Assembly (NCBI GenBank): GCA_023898585.1
Contig: CP060229.1
Coordinates: 726,587 to 790,586 of the forward strand
Direction: 5' to 3'
From: Candidatus Nomurabacteria bacterium
Lineage (GTDB): Bacteria > Patescibacteriota > Minisyncoccia > Phycocordibacterales > UBA918
DNA length: 64,000 nucleotides
The position numbers and the translations under genes were made by a program. Under the pieces are notes generated by a model. That model was not told the DNA's origin and did no database searches. It worked only from the letters and a program-made list of their open reading frames with translations. This document shows positions 1-9,639 of the stretch, piece by piece. Each line of letters starts with the position of its first letter. Position 1 is the stretch's first letter.

Positions 1-286
1 AAATCGCAGCTCCCGATACGTCGATCCCGATTCCAGATAGGCCAAATTGCCGAGCTAAGTAAATGAGGTTCCGACCGTTACCGCACCCAACATCAACAAC
101 ACTGGCCGGTGGAGTCAATACATCGGCGCGCTCGCGCCGAATCAGCCAGCGGGTAAACTTTACCAAGTCCTGGCTTTCTTTTTCGGAAAGTTTGAGGTGT
201 CCAGGGTCGGTATATTCCTGATCCCAAAAAGTGGCACCGTGTACTTTGCGCTTTTTCTTCTTGATAAAATTTGGTTTCATTGGCAT
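1..286 (-). CDS. class I SAM-dependent methyltransferase (N-terminal part; 3' end lies beyond window start)
   Basis: Hand translation of the reverse strand gives MPMKPNFIKKKKRKVHGATFWDQEYTDPGHLKLSEKESQDLVKFTRWLIRRERADVLTPPASVVDVGCGNGRNLIYLARQFGLSGIGIDVSGAAI... The motif VVDVGCGNG is SAM-binding motif I. ATG candidates at 286 and 280. Not in the ORF track because the stop is outside the window. Confidence 0.55.
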   Translation of the reverse strand, partial: MPMKPNFIKKKKRKVHGATFWDQEYTDPGHLKLSEKESQDLVKFTRWLIRRERADVLTPPASVVDVGCGNGRNLIYLARQFGLSGIGIDVSGAAI

Positions 287-298
287 AGCAATGAAAGG

Positions 299-2989
299 TT
301 ATGTCAGTTGTTTATGTTTGTCCACTGTTTTGACGATAAATCTGTTTGTAAAATACTTTGCGCCCTCCACGAGAGAAACATTCACAAGTATCCAGAGTAA
401 AATGAACCCGATCCAAATCGGCGAAAGTGGCAGAACTTCAAAGGTCGTCCTAAGAAATGGTACGGTAAAGGTTGCGATCATTAGTAATACTCCAATACCG
501 ACTCCGGTCAAGAGTAGCTTGTTGTCAGTTAATGAATAACTGAAAAGCGGACGGCTTAAGTCTAAAAAAGAGAACGAAATGAACAATGTATATGATCCAA
601 AGCTTGCAAACAAGATGCTTCTTGCTAACTCGACTGCTACTCCGTTTTTAAGTAGAGTTAAATATAGGATCAAAAGTAAAAAAGAAACCACCAGACCTAC
701 AAAAATAGTCAAGAAAAGTACTCTTCGGTCAAAGAATTTCTTGGCAGTGGTTTCCGATTCTCGCATTTTTTGTCTGTCGAAAGCAAAAGCAATGGCCGGT
801 AAACTTCCGGTAAACAGATTTACCCATATAATCTGGACGGCTGTAAGTGGTAGGGCTACTCCGTATATTATAGCTCCGCTAATTAAAATAATCTCGTCCA
901 GAGAGTCGGACATAAGATAAACAAACATTTTCTTAATATTACTGAGTATTTGTTTACCTTCCTCTATGGTTGAGACTATCGTCTTAAAGTTATCGTCAAG
1001 CAATATTAAATCAGCTACACTCTTCGCTACATCACTACCTGAGCCTACGGCGATACCTATATTGGCGGCCTTGAGAGAAGGGGAGTCGTTCACTCCGTCT
1101 CCGGTCATGGCTACAATCTCGCCCTTGGCTTGGTGTAGTTTGGTGATCCGAAGCTTGTCAGACGGAGTCACTCGAGCGTATATGTGAATACGGTCAAGTA
1201 TAGCGTTTAAATCGTCGTCAGAGAGCTGTTGCAGTTGTTGTCCTGTCAACACATTCGTCTCGTCTACATCCCAACCAATTTCCTTGGCAATAGCCAAAGC
1301 AGTCCCGGGTAAATCACCTGTGGCCATAATCACTCTCGTGCCATAAGCATTAATTTTCCTCAGCGCCTCTGGTACTTCCGGACGAATTGGGTCGTGGAAA
1401 CTTAGTACTCCTAGAAATGAAATATCCTTCACATGGTCTATGGTGATTGAAGGTTCGTCGGTGTGTGGAGTAAGGAGAGCTATTCCGAGCACGCGTCGGC
1501 CAGAGTGACTGTGTTCAGCGATTGCTTTCTGCACTTTTTGGTAAGAATCATGGTCTATGTATGAACGGTTAAGGAGTATGTCTGGTGCTCCCATCACGAT
1601 ATGGGGATCTTCAAATTGACTTAGGTGTTTAGGTAAATACTGAGTCGGGATTCTGGTTACGGAAAATTTATGTTTTGAACTGAAGGGTATTCGCACCTGT
1701 ATTTCTGAACGGTCGGCGTCGTTTTGAATCACTTGCAGAGATCCGGCGGCGCGAACAATATTTGTTTCTAGGTCTGAACCGCTCATTACCCACGATTCGT
1801 AGTCATCTTCTGGATTCTCGATCGTTACATCACAGGCACAACGTGCCAAAGTCAGGATATCGGTCTGTTCTTGGTTGAAATTGTCATGATGATCGGCTGG
1901 TGTAAAGTCGAAAGCAGTGAGTTGAGAAATAGTATCGATATCGATTAGTTTCATGTCCGCCTGAGTCAGAGTGCCAGTTTTATCGGTAATGATAAGTGTT
2001 GTTGAACCGAGTGTTTCGGCGGCTGTGAGGCTACGCATTATGCCTTTCTTCTTGGCTATCCTTTCCACCCCGATAGCCAAAATAGCCGTGAGGCCGATAG
2101 GCAAAGCTTCCGGCACGGAACCTACTAGTACTGCGATCGAAATTAAAAGCATTTCATAAATCGGCTGATTTTGAGATATTCCTGCCATAAAAATAGCCAA
2201 AACCGCAATAGTGGTGACCACAATTATTACCCAGGTTAATTGACCAAGTGCCTTTTGTAACGGGGTTTGTTCTGACTTCACTTCATCGACCAGACGAGCC
2301 AACTTACCTATTTCAGTGTTATATCCGGTTGCTGTCACTGTGGCGTAGACAGAGCCGTTGATTCCGAGAGTGCCGGCATAAATCATATTGTTTCTCTCTG
2401 GCAAAGGAGCTGTTTCAGACAGTGGCTCTATAGCTTTTTCAACTGACAATGATTCTCCCGTCAAAATTGACTCGTCGGCTGTAAAGTCAATTTCTTTAAC
2501 GACACGCGCGTCAGCAGTTATGCGCGCCCCGTTTATAATATGAATAATATCTCCCGGTACTAAAAATCTTGGATCTATTTCAAATTCGTGTCCATCCCGT
2601 ATTACTCTTGTCCGGTATGTTATGTAAGAACGTAAATCAGCGATGGCTTTTTCCGCTTTAAACTCCTGAACGAAGCCCAAGATAGCATTCACTATTACCG
2701 CAAAAGCAATAATTGAAGTGTCTAGCCATTCTTGCAATGAAGCTGTTATGACAACCGCCACGCAAAGTATGATAATAAGCGGACTGGTGAATTGTCCGAG
2801 AAAAATTTCCAAGGAGGTTTTTTCCTTACCGGACTCAAAAACATTTTCACCATGCAGACCAATTCGTTTTTTGGCTTCCTCAGCGCTAAGACCTTTGGAT
2901 GGATTTGTCTGTAGTAGGTTTTCTATATCTGTTGTTGTGTCCGCCCACGGACTATGAGGTAAGGTAATCATGTGTTTTAAGTGTACCAA
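299..2989 (-). CDS. cation-transporting P-type ATPase (type II, Ca2+/Mg2+-like)
   Basis: 896 aa. DKTGTLT phosphorylation motif, TGDGVNDSPSLKAANIGIAVG hinge, MATGD, 10 TM segments, PEALP TM4 motif. Confidence 0.9.
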   Translation of the reverse strand: MVHLKHMITLPHSPWADTTTDIENLLQTNPSKGLSAEEAKKRIGLHGENVFESGKEKTSLEIFLGQFTSPLIIILCVAVVITASLQEWLDTSIIAFAVIVNAILGFVQEFKAEKAIADLRSYITYRTRVIRDGHEFEIDPRFLVPGDIIHIINGARITADARVVKEIDFTADESILTGESLSVEKAIEPLSETAPLPERNNMIYAGTLGINGSVYATVTATGYNTEIGKLARLVDEVKSEQTPLQKALGQLTWVIIVVTTIAVLAIFMAGISQNQPIYEMLLISIAVLVGSVPEALPIGLTAILAIGVERIAKKKGIMRSLTAAETLGSTTLIITDKTGTLTQADMKLIDIDTISQLTAFDFTPADHHDNFNQEQTDILTLARCACDVTIENPEDDYESWVMSGSDLETNIVRAAGSLQVIQNDADRSEIQVRIPFSSKHKFSVTRIPTQYLPKHLSQFEDPHIVMGAPDILLNRSYIDHDSYQKVQKAIAEHSHSGRRVLGIALLTPHTDEPSITIDHVKDISFLGVLSFHDPIRPEVPEALRKINAYGTRVIMATGDLPGTALAIAKEIGWDVDETNVLTGQQLQQLSDDDLNAILDRIHIYARVTPSDKLRITKLHQAKGEIVAMTGDGVNDSPSLKAANIGIAVGSGSDVAKSVADLILLDDNFKTIVSTIEEGKQILSNIKKMFVYLMSDSLDEIILISGAIIYGVALPLTAVQIIWVNLFTGSLPAIAFAFDRQKMRESETTAKKFFDRRVLFLTIFVGLVVSFLLLILYLTLLKNGVAVELARSILFASFGSYTLFISFSFLDLSRPLFSYSLTDNKLLLTGVGIGVLLMIATFTVPFLRTTFEVLPLSPIWIGFILLWILVNVSLVEGAKYFTNRFIVKTVDKHKQLT

Positions 2990-3044
2990 ATCTTTAGTTG
3001 TCTAGAGTGAGTCGCTGTGGGTGAATATGTTAAACTTCTGACAT

Positions 3045-3725
3045 ATGAAAAATCCTTGGGTAATCATTTGTCTCATAACCATAATCTTGTTTGGGGGTGC
3101 CTTTTGGTACTCAAAAGTTGTCGATAATAAAAACAACGAAGGTGTGGAGATTGTTCAAAACATCAAAGGTAATGTCGAAGCAAGGGTTCGTCTGGTTGAG
3201 TACAGTGATTTCCAGTGCCCCTCATGCGCCAGTTTCCAGCCGATCATGGACCAGATTTTTGAGGAGTTCAGTAATGATGTGAATCTCGAATACAAACATT
3301 TTCCGCTCTATATTCATCAATACGCAAGACAAGCTTCCGTAGCGGCGGAGGCGGCCGGTCAACAAGGTAAGTTTTTTGAATTTCACGATATGTTGTTTGA
3401 GAGACAAGTCGAATGGTCTTCCGCAAGGACTCCTGACACTCTCTTTGTACAGTACGCCAGTGAATTGGAGTTAGACATACCCAAATTTAAACGTCACATG
3501 AAATCATCCGTATTGAGAGACAAAGTCAACACTGAATTTGAAGAGGGTAGACAGGCGGGAGTAACTGGCACGCCAACCCTTTTCCTTAATGGTGAAATTA
3601 TGAAGTACGATTCATACCAATCACTTATTGAACAAGTCGCGTTCGCGGTCAATCCAGAATCCAAAGCGACATCCGGCAGTGAAGAAACTAAGACTGGAGT
3701 ATCAGATGTAAAATTCGGATTATAG
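3045..3725 (+). CDS. DsbA-family thiol:disulfide oxidoreductase, membrane anchored
   Basis: N-terminal TM helix followed by a thioredoxin fold with CPSC active site (FQCPSCASF). Confidence 0.8.
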   Translation: MKNPWVIICLITIILFGGAFWYSKVVDNKNNEGVEIVQNIKGNVEARVRLVEYSDFQCPSCASFQPIMDQIFEEFSNDVNLEYKHFPLYIHQYARQASVAAEAAGQQGKFFEFHDMLFERQVEWSSARTPDTLFVQYASELELDIPKFKRHMKSSVLRDKVNTEFEEGRQAGVTGTPTLFLNGEIMKYDSYQSLIEQVAFAVNPESKATSGSEETKTGVSDVKFGL

Positions 3726-3801
3726 GAGCGATTTATATCCCGAATGGTATCTAGACATATATCTTTTGGCTAAAATGTTGTAGTATTTTGTTCGTTTATA
3801 T

Positions 3802-5073
3802 ATGAAATCAAAGCAAGTTTTCGATGAAAATCTTTTCCAAGCGCTTTGCAAAATAAGCCCCTATATTGACGAAGCGGAATGGTTGAAAGATCATATTAGA
3901 ATTCGTCACGAGGAGAGAGAAAAATTTTTAAACAACGAAATCGAAAACCCCCACTTTACTTATAGTCCCCAAAAGTCCAAAGTTGATTATTTGAAATTGA
4001 TCGAAGAGTTCAATCAGTGTTTAAAAGACTCCGATGTGCCGGCGGTGGTAGTAGATCTGTACCAAAGGAAACTCGAAAAGCAACTACATCGAAATGCACT
4101 GATCGAAGCTTCGCTTGCTGGCGATGACCACGTTTTCTTTGAAAGGAGTTCTGATATTTACGGTCGACCACAGAAAAAGTATTTTTCTTATGTTGCTAAA
4201 CGGTTACTTACCTTGTGTAACGAACAAAAAAGTAAATACCCGGTTATTTCCCGCCGTTTGCGTAAAGTTGTGTCAAAAATCAACCAAAACGGCATTGATA
4301 TTGACGTCAGCATGTTACCGCCTTTAGTGACAAATGGTAGGCTGATTCGATCGGTGGATGAGGTTAGGAGTATATTTATAGAAACGTTGAGTCGGTGTGG
4401 TATTGAGGGTTGGATTGTCAGTGTCGATAAGGCAGGAACCAGAGGACGTTTCTCGGTTAGTCCGCAAAGTAAGACAATTCACATACCTTGTGAGTCAGAA
4501 TTGTTGTCTAGACCTCAGTCTCTTACCGATCATGGTGTCCAAGCGTTGGCTGAACACGAAGTCGGAGTTCACGTCAGACGTTCGTATGAGGCTTCAAAAG
4601 GACCTCTAAGGTTGCTCGAAATTGGTCTTGATAATTATCTTCCCGGTGAAGAGGGGTTGGCCAGTTATGCGCAACAACAGGTTGAAGGAGCCGATGAATT
4701 CTATGGGTTTGACAGGTATCTGGCGGCCAGCTTGGCGGTCGGTATGGATGGCGAGGTGAGAGATTTCCGTTCCGTTTTCAGTTTAATGTCAGATTATTAC
4801 ACTTTGAAATTCGCGCTCGAAGATAAGACAGTCTCAATTCCTTTTCAGGCAGCGTGGGATATTTGTGTGCGCATTTTCAGGGGAACTACCGGGCAAACCC
4901 CAGGTTGTATTTTTACGAAGGATATCGTGTACATGAAAGGTAATATCGGCATATGGAATTTGCTTTCCGAAAGACCAAAAGTCTTTGAGTCGCTATTTAT
5001 TGGCAAATATAACCCTTTACTTTCCCGACATGTAAAGACTTTACAAACGCTTGATATTCTGGAAGAGTGGTAG
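3802..5073 (+). CDS. DUF1704 / flavohemoglobin-expression-modulating QEGLA-motif protein (MATCAP-like HExxH metallopeptidase fold)
   Basis: HEVGVH (HExxH) motif, and a PGEEGLASYAQQ block that corresponds to the family's QEGLA signature. Its 3' end overlaps the next gene by 7 bp. Confidence 0.7.
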   Translation: MKSKQVFDENLFQALCKISPYIDEAEWLKDHIRIRHEEREKFLNNEIENPHFTYSPQKSKVDYLKLIEEFNQCLKDSDVPAVVVDLYQRKLEKQLHRNALIEASLAGDDHVFFERSSDIYGRPQKKYFSYVAKRLLTLCNEQKSKYPVISRRLRKVVSKINQNGIDIDVSMLPPLVTNGRLIRSVDEVRSIFIETLSRCGIEGWIVSVDKAGTRGRFSVSPQSKTIHIPCESELLSRPQSLTDHGVQALAEHEVGVHVRRSYEASKGPLRLLEIGLDNYLPGEEGLASYAQQQVEGADEFYGFDRYLAASLAVGMDGEVRDFRSVFSLMSDYYTLKFALEDKTVSIPFQAAWDICVRIFRGTTGQTPGCIFTKDIVYMKGNIGIWNLLSERPKVFESLFIGKYNPLLSRHVKTLQTLDILEEW

Positions 5074-6038
5074 TCATGAAAATAATATCTTCAAAATTAT
5101 TTGCACCCGCGCTGTTTTGTTGCCTTTTGTTTTTACCGTTTATATCTTTTGCTCAATCAGAAACTGAAACATTTGGCTTTAGAGATGATCTAACCGAAGT
5201 CAAAGAAAGTACCTCTACCGCAACATCGACCATAATCGAAGAGGGTACAGCATCCGCGACCGCTGCAAATATCATTGGTCAACAGGCGATTTCTTCCAAA
5301 GGCAACGACTTGACTCGTCCCGAGGAGTTACCTGAAAAGGTGGCTATCATTACGTTGTTTGAAGATCGTCCTGTTAATGAACTGAGCTTTATCAACGCTA
5401 TGGCTTTTTGGGTTCAAGAATCAGTTCGTGACGGTATTCCGGCCAACACGATTTTCCTCATCCTCTTGACACCTTTTTTGGCCTTATTCGTGAGTTTTGT
5501 TAGGGTGGTGGTCGGTTTACCAACACTTGATATGCTGGTCCCGATCGCTTTATCTTTCGCTTTGGTTGCCGTCGGTGTGACGGTTGGTCTATTGGTCTTG
5601 GGGGCGATTTTGGTTGCTTCATATATATCCAAGAAGATACTGTCCCACTTGCGTATCATGTTTTACCCTAAGCGTTCTCTTTCCATAGTGTTGCTTGCCA
5701 TTTCAGTTTTTGCCGCTTTGTCAATCGGTGTTGCTTTTGAATTTGAAAAAATTCTCAGCGTGTCGATTTTCCCAATCTTGGTTTTGTTGTTGTTGGGTGA
5801 CATGATTGTTTCCGTTCAATTACACAAAAGCCCAACAGAGACTTTGATGATTACTGGTACGACAATATTTATCGGTTTGATAGGCTACATGGTGGCGACC
5901 AGTGACGCTATCCAAAACACCATAATCCTTTACCCAGAACTAGTGTTACTTGTCATCCCGGCTAATCTCTTGATTGGTAGGTACTTTGGATTGCGCGTAT
6001 TTGAGGTGTTTAGGTTTAGTAAAGTCAGTAAAGGTTAA
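5067..6038 (+). CDS. 7-TM membrane protein (third component of the ATP-grasp/QEGLA cluster)
   Basis: Signal peptide, a ~100-aa Thr/Ser-rich ectodomain, then 7 predicted TM helices. Its position between the DUF1704 and ATP-grasp genes matches the known conserved trio. Confidence 0.55.
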   Translation: MVVMKIISSKLFAPALFCCLLFLPFISFAQSETETFGFRDDLTEVKESTSTATSTIIEEGTASATAANIIGQQAISSKGNDLTRPEELPEKVAIITLFEDRPVNELSFINAMAFWVQESVRDGIPANTIFLILLTPFLALFVSFVRVVVGLPTLDMLVPIALSFALVAVGVTVGLLVLGAILVASYISKKILSHLRIMFYPKRSLSIVLLAISVFAALSIGVAFEFEKILSVSIFPILVLLLLGDMIVSVQLHKSPTETLMITGTTIFIGLIGYMVATSDAIQNTIILYPELVLLVIPANLLIGRYFGLRVFEVFRFSKVSKG

Positions 6039-6063
6039 TTGTCCACTAAATTAAATTTTATTT

Positions 6064-7356
6064 ATGCCAGTAAGTAATTCACTGTTGGGGATGAACGCCC
6101 GAAATTTCTTATACATAAGAAAATTCAATTCCAAAAAACAAAAGATGGTGGCAGACGATAAAATGTTAACCAAGAAACGTCTTATAAATGCCGGTGTACC
6201 TACAAACTCCTTTTTGGCAAAATTCACAGATTATCAGGAAGTGCGTGAATTTGACTGGGGTTCCTTACCTTCTGATTTTGCTATCAAACCATCTCATGGG
6301 TATGGTGGGCGAGGTATTTTTGTGGTAAGGAAATGGGACGGCAAGGCCGGAGTGATAGGAAAGGGAGCAAAAGTCGATATTCTAGAACTCGAAAGAGTGA
6401 TTTTTGGCACATTGGATGGTGAACATTCGTTAAACAACTTACCTGACGCGGCCTTTATCGAAGAAAGAATCAGACCACACACTTTTTTTAAGAAGTATTC
6501 TGCCAAAGGAGTAGCGGACATACGTTTAATCGTTTGCAATATGGTGCCGGTCATGGCTATGTTGCGTCTACCGACTATTTATTCAGATGGTAAGGCCAAT
6601 TTACATCTCGGAGCTTTGGGGGTGGGAATAGACATAAGAACCGGTATCACCACTTCAGCGGTGGTGCATAATCAACCGGTCTATTACATACCAGGTACTA
6701 AAATTAAAGTCCATGGAATCAGGATTCCCGATTGGGATAAAATACTGGAGATATCCGTGCGGGCACAGCAATGTTCAAGATTGGGTTTTGCTGGAATAGA
6801 TATAGTTCTCGATGATAAACAAGGGCCATTAGTGCTTGAAGTCAACGCTCGTCCTGGTTTGGGTATTCAGGTTGCTAACCAAGCTTCTCTTCGCACAAGA
6901 CTGGAAAGAATTGGAGATTTAAATGTACAAACTGTAACCAGGGGAGTTGAATTGGCAAAAAAATTATTCGCCGATGAGACGCTTGAGGATGTCAGTGAAC
7001 AAAAATCCGCCTTGCTTGGAGTGATAGAAAAAATTGTCATCTATGGCAACGAAAACAAAAAGACAGTCCGGGCTAAAGTAGACACTGGTGCTTATCGTAC
7101 CTCGATTGACAGCGATTTAGTAGAAGAGCTTGGGCTTGATCCGCATAGTAAAACTGTTCATGTGCGGTCGGGAAGTGGCAGGCAAAAACGTCGAACCGTA
7201 AAACTCAAGTTTAAAATGAAAGGCAAGGAAATAAATACGGTTGCTACTTATACTCCGCGAGGACACCTTCGCTTTCCGGTGATTATTGGACGTAAAGACA
7301 TGGAAGGTTTTTTGGTCGACCCTGCCGATATACCGGAGGGTGTTTTGGTGAAATAA
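6064..7356 (+). CDS. RimK-like ATP-grasp alpha-L-glutamate ligase-related protein fused to a C-terminal retropepsin-like (DUF785/Zn_protease-type) aspartyl peptidase domain
   Basis: ATP-grasp blocks (GYGGRGIFVV, LEVNARPGLG). The C-terminal ~105 aa contain KVDTGAYRTSIDSDL, the DTG aspartyl-protease signature (nt 7081-7089). Confidence 0.8.
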   Translation: MPVSNSLLGMNARNFLYIRKFNSKKQKMVADDKMLTKKRLINAGVPTNSFLAKFTDYQEVREFDWGSLPSDFAIKPSHGYGGRGIFVVRKWDGKAGVIGKGAKVDILELERVIFGTLDGEHSLNNLPDAAFIEERIRPHTFFKKYSAKGVADIRLIVCNMVPVMAMLRLPTIYSDGKANLHLGALGVGIDIRTGITTSAVVHNQPVYYIPGTKIKVHGIRIPDWDKILEISVRAQQCSRLGFAGIDIVLDDKQGPLVLEVNARPGLGIQVANQASLRTRLERIGDLNVQTVTRGVELAKKLFADETLEDVSEQKSALLGVIEKIVIYGNENKKTVRAKVDTGAYRTSIDSDLVEELGLDPHSKTVHVRSGSGRQKRRTVKLKFKMKGKEINTVATYTPRGHLRFPVIIGRKDMEGFLVDPADIPEGVLVK

Positions 7357-7487
7357 GAATTTTGTTGAATCCCACATACTCGACAGAGACAATAATTCCC
7401 GCTTAAAGGTACTACAGTCGTCCAGTTATTAAGGTTCCACCTTATTTAGCTATTGGGGTGATACCGGGCCTTTGGTATGATTAGGAG

Positions 7488-8279
7488 ATGTTTAGAACGC
7501 GTGATTTTGTTCTTGTTTTCACAACAGTACTGTTTTTGTTAATGGCTATTGGCACAACTGTTTTTAAACAAAATTACAACTTAGGAATGGCAGACAAACC
7601 GGAAAACCCGGCTGAGAGAATGAACGAAGAATATAAGGCTGAGGTGTACGTCAAGGAAACTGTTACTCGTGAAGAGCGCTTAATTAGTATGAGGGAACAG
7701 ATTGCTAAAAGTAATAGTGTCACTATTTCTTCTCCGGTTTCGAATCCACCCGAGATTGAAACCCCGGCCCTATCGGAAGAGTCAGAGTCGAAAACCGAAG
7801 CGGAAGTACAGTATTGCCAAGATTATGCCAAATATGCGGGAAGTTGGCCAAATGGTGGGGTTATGCTTGATGTCTCGGAGGGAGCGAGGATAGTTTACAC
7901 GGAAAATTTTTTGGAAAACGAATTTAATTATATCGGCACATCATCGGGTGTGAGTACTACAGAAACGAGGAAAGATGTGATTCTGCAATTACCTGTCTTT
8001 GGTATTAAATCACTAGGCGTATCGTGTTTGAGCAGTGATGTTATCGGTATTGCCAAAGAAGGTTCGTTGATTCGCAACGATGAGGCTAGTTTGTATGGAA
8101 TATTCAATTCCGGTACTTTAGTGGGATATGCTCTTGATGGTTTCCCTATTTACGGAGTGGGTGAAGTTGATGCTGATTCCTGTGGGGGATCGTCTGTCGA
8201 TGGTCAGTACGGTTATTACATCTCAAAGGAAAGAAGTGTCATTTTGAATTGTTTTTCAGCCAAACCGGTCAAAATTTAA
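7488..8279 (+). CDS. hypothetical membrane-anchored extracytoplasmic protein
   Basis: N-terminal TM anchor, Ser/Glu-rich linker, no recognisable motifs. Confidence 0.45.
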   Translation: MFRTRDFVLVFTTVLFLLMAIGTTVFKQNYNLGMADKPENPAERMNEEYKAEVYVKETVTREERLISMREQIAKSNSVTISSPVSNPPEIETPALSEESESKTEAEVQYCQDYAKYAGSWPNGGVMLDVSEGARIVYTENFLENEFNYIGTSSGVSTTETRKDVILQLPVFGIKSLGVSCLSSDVIGIAKEGSLIRNDEASLYGIFNSGTLVGYALDGFPIYGVGEVDADSCGGSSVDGQYGYYISKERSVILNCFSAKPVKI

Positions 8280-8282
8280 TTT

Positions 8283-9008
8283 ATGTCGACTCTGATTTTG
8301 GATATCGAGACAATTGGTCAAGAGTGGGATTCTTTGCCAGAAACCAGTAAAGAAAGTTTGACCAAGTGGATTGATAAAAGTGGAGACGAAAAGGAAGAGA
8401 AGGACAGGAAGCGTGACGATGTTAAAGAGCGTCTCAGCCTGTCACCCTTTACCGGCCTAATCGTCTCTGTGGCGATGTACGATGTTGAGCGAGATTTGGG
8501 CGCTGTATATTTTACGTCTGATTTGCCAGATGAATCATTCAAATCTAATTCATTTACTTTTAAACAAAGGACTGAAAAAGAAATACTCGAAGATTTTTGG
8601 GAGGGAGCAATCGGGTACGATACTTTTGTGACTTTTAATGGGCGGGCTTTTGCTCTGCCTTTTTTGATGCACCGTTCGGTCATAAACGAAATAAAACCAT
8701 CAGTCGAAATAGCTCACCAACGATATCTAACCAAGCAATCAGCACCTTTCCATGTCGACGTGTTGGACGAAATGACTTTCTACGGAGCGGTACAAAAAAG
8801 ACCTTCTCTACAATTGTTGTGTAATAGTTACGGGACCGTCTATCATCAGGAATTGGGAGGTAGTTACATCTCCGAACTTTTTAAAATGAAAAAATTCCGG
8901 CACATTGCGGAACATAATGCCATGGATGTTCTTGCTATAAAAGACTTGTATTTGAAATGGAAGGAATATATGGCCCCGCTCGCCTTTATAAATAAACTTG
9001 AAATGTAG
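8283..9008 (+). CDS. RNase H-like / DEDD-type 3'-5' exonuclease-like protein (COG3359/YprB-like)
   Basis: LILDIETIG (Exo I, D-x-E), FNGRAFALPFL (Exo II-like block), HNAMDVLAIKDLY (Exo III-like). Confidence 0.55.
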   Translation: MSTLILDIETIGQEWDSLPETSKESLTKWIDKSGDEKEEKDRKRDDVKERLSLSPFTGLIVSVAMYDVERDLGAVYFTSDLPDESFKSNSFTFKQRTEKEILEDFWEGAIGYDTFVTFNGRAFALPFLMHRSVINEIKPSVEIAHQRYLTKQSAPFHVDVLDEMTFYGAVQKRPSLQLLCNSYGTVYHQELGGSYISELFKMKKFRHIAEHNAMDVLAIKDLYLKWKEYMAPLAFINKLEM

Positions 9009-9106
9009 TCATATCCTTGTTATAAAACACCGGGTTTGTAAACAGTAAAATCGAGTAGGTCTTTTTCATTAACCACTTATGGATATCAGAAACTAAGGGG
9101 GATTTT

Positions 9107-9472
9107 GTGTCAGATAAGAACAATTTGGTATTGCCGATTGCCGATTTAGTTACGGGATATCAAGATATGGTTGAGACCGTATTCTCTTTTCAGAGGATGT
9201 ATTTCACTCATATTTCGGGCATTATCCCAACTGTCGTCGGTGATAGGATTACTTACCAGCAACGAGAATTTTGTATATCTTTGTTAACTGAGTCGATGGA
9301 GATGTGGAGAATTTTTTGGTTCGGTTGGGATAGGGAATTTAAATTTTCCGAGCTGATAGAGCCGGGTGAGAGTCACCAAATCATCGTCAGGGACAGCATT
9401 GTCAGTGTAGTCGGTTTAACAGAAGAGGGTCTGCCAGCTAGAGTCAAGGTGACTGAAACCGTCAACTCATAA
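9107..9472 (+). CDS. hypothetical protein
   Basis: 121-aa ORF with no recognisable motifs. Followed by a hairpin and T-run at 9504-9535. Confidence 0.4.
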   Translation: MSDKNNLVLPIADLVTGYQDMVETVFSFQRMYFTHISGIIPTVVGDRITYQQREFCISLLTESMEMWRIFWFGWDREFKFSELIEPGESHQIIVRDSIVSVVGLTEEGLPARVKVTETVNS

Positions 9473-9503
9473 AAATATCGGTTTGATTTTCGATTTTCTT
9501 CAC

Positions 9504-9535
9504 AAAATGCCTCACTTCACAATGGGGCATTTTCA
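9504..9535 (+). terminator. rho-independent terminator candidate
   Basis: aaaatgcc ... ggcatttt 8-bp stem followed by a T-tract, downstream of ORF 9107-9472. Confidence 0.45.
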
Positions 9536-9639
9536 CTTATTCCCAACTGACTATAAACGTAACTGGGAAGTTGTGTTTTTGTGAAACTGAGGTATCGTAT
9601 TCTCCGTTGGTGAACTTTGTTCTATAAGAGGAATGCAAA

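Noticed and set aside
197-539. Two + strand ORFs (197-400, 231-539) at the window start
   Set aside because: They lie antisense to the SAM-methyltransferase N-terminus and the P-type ATPase C-terminus. No motifs. Shadow ORFs.
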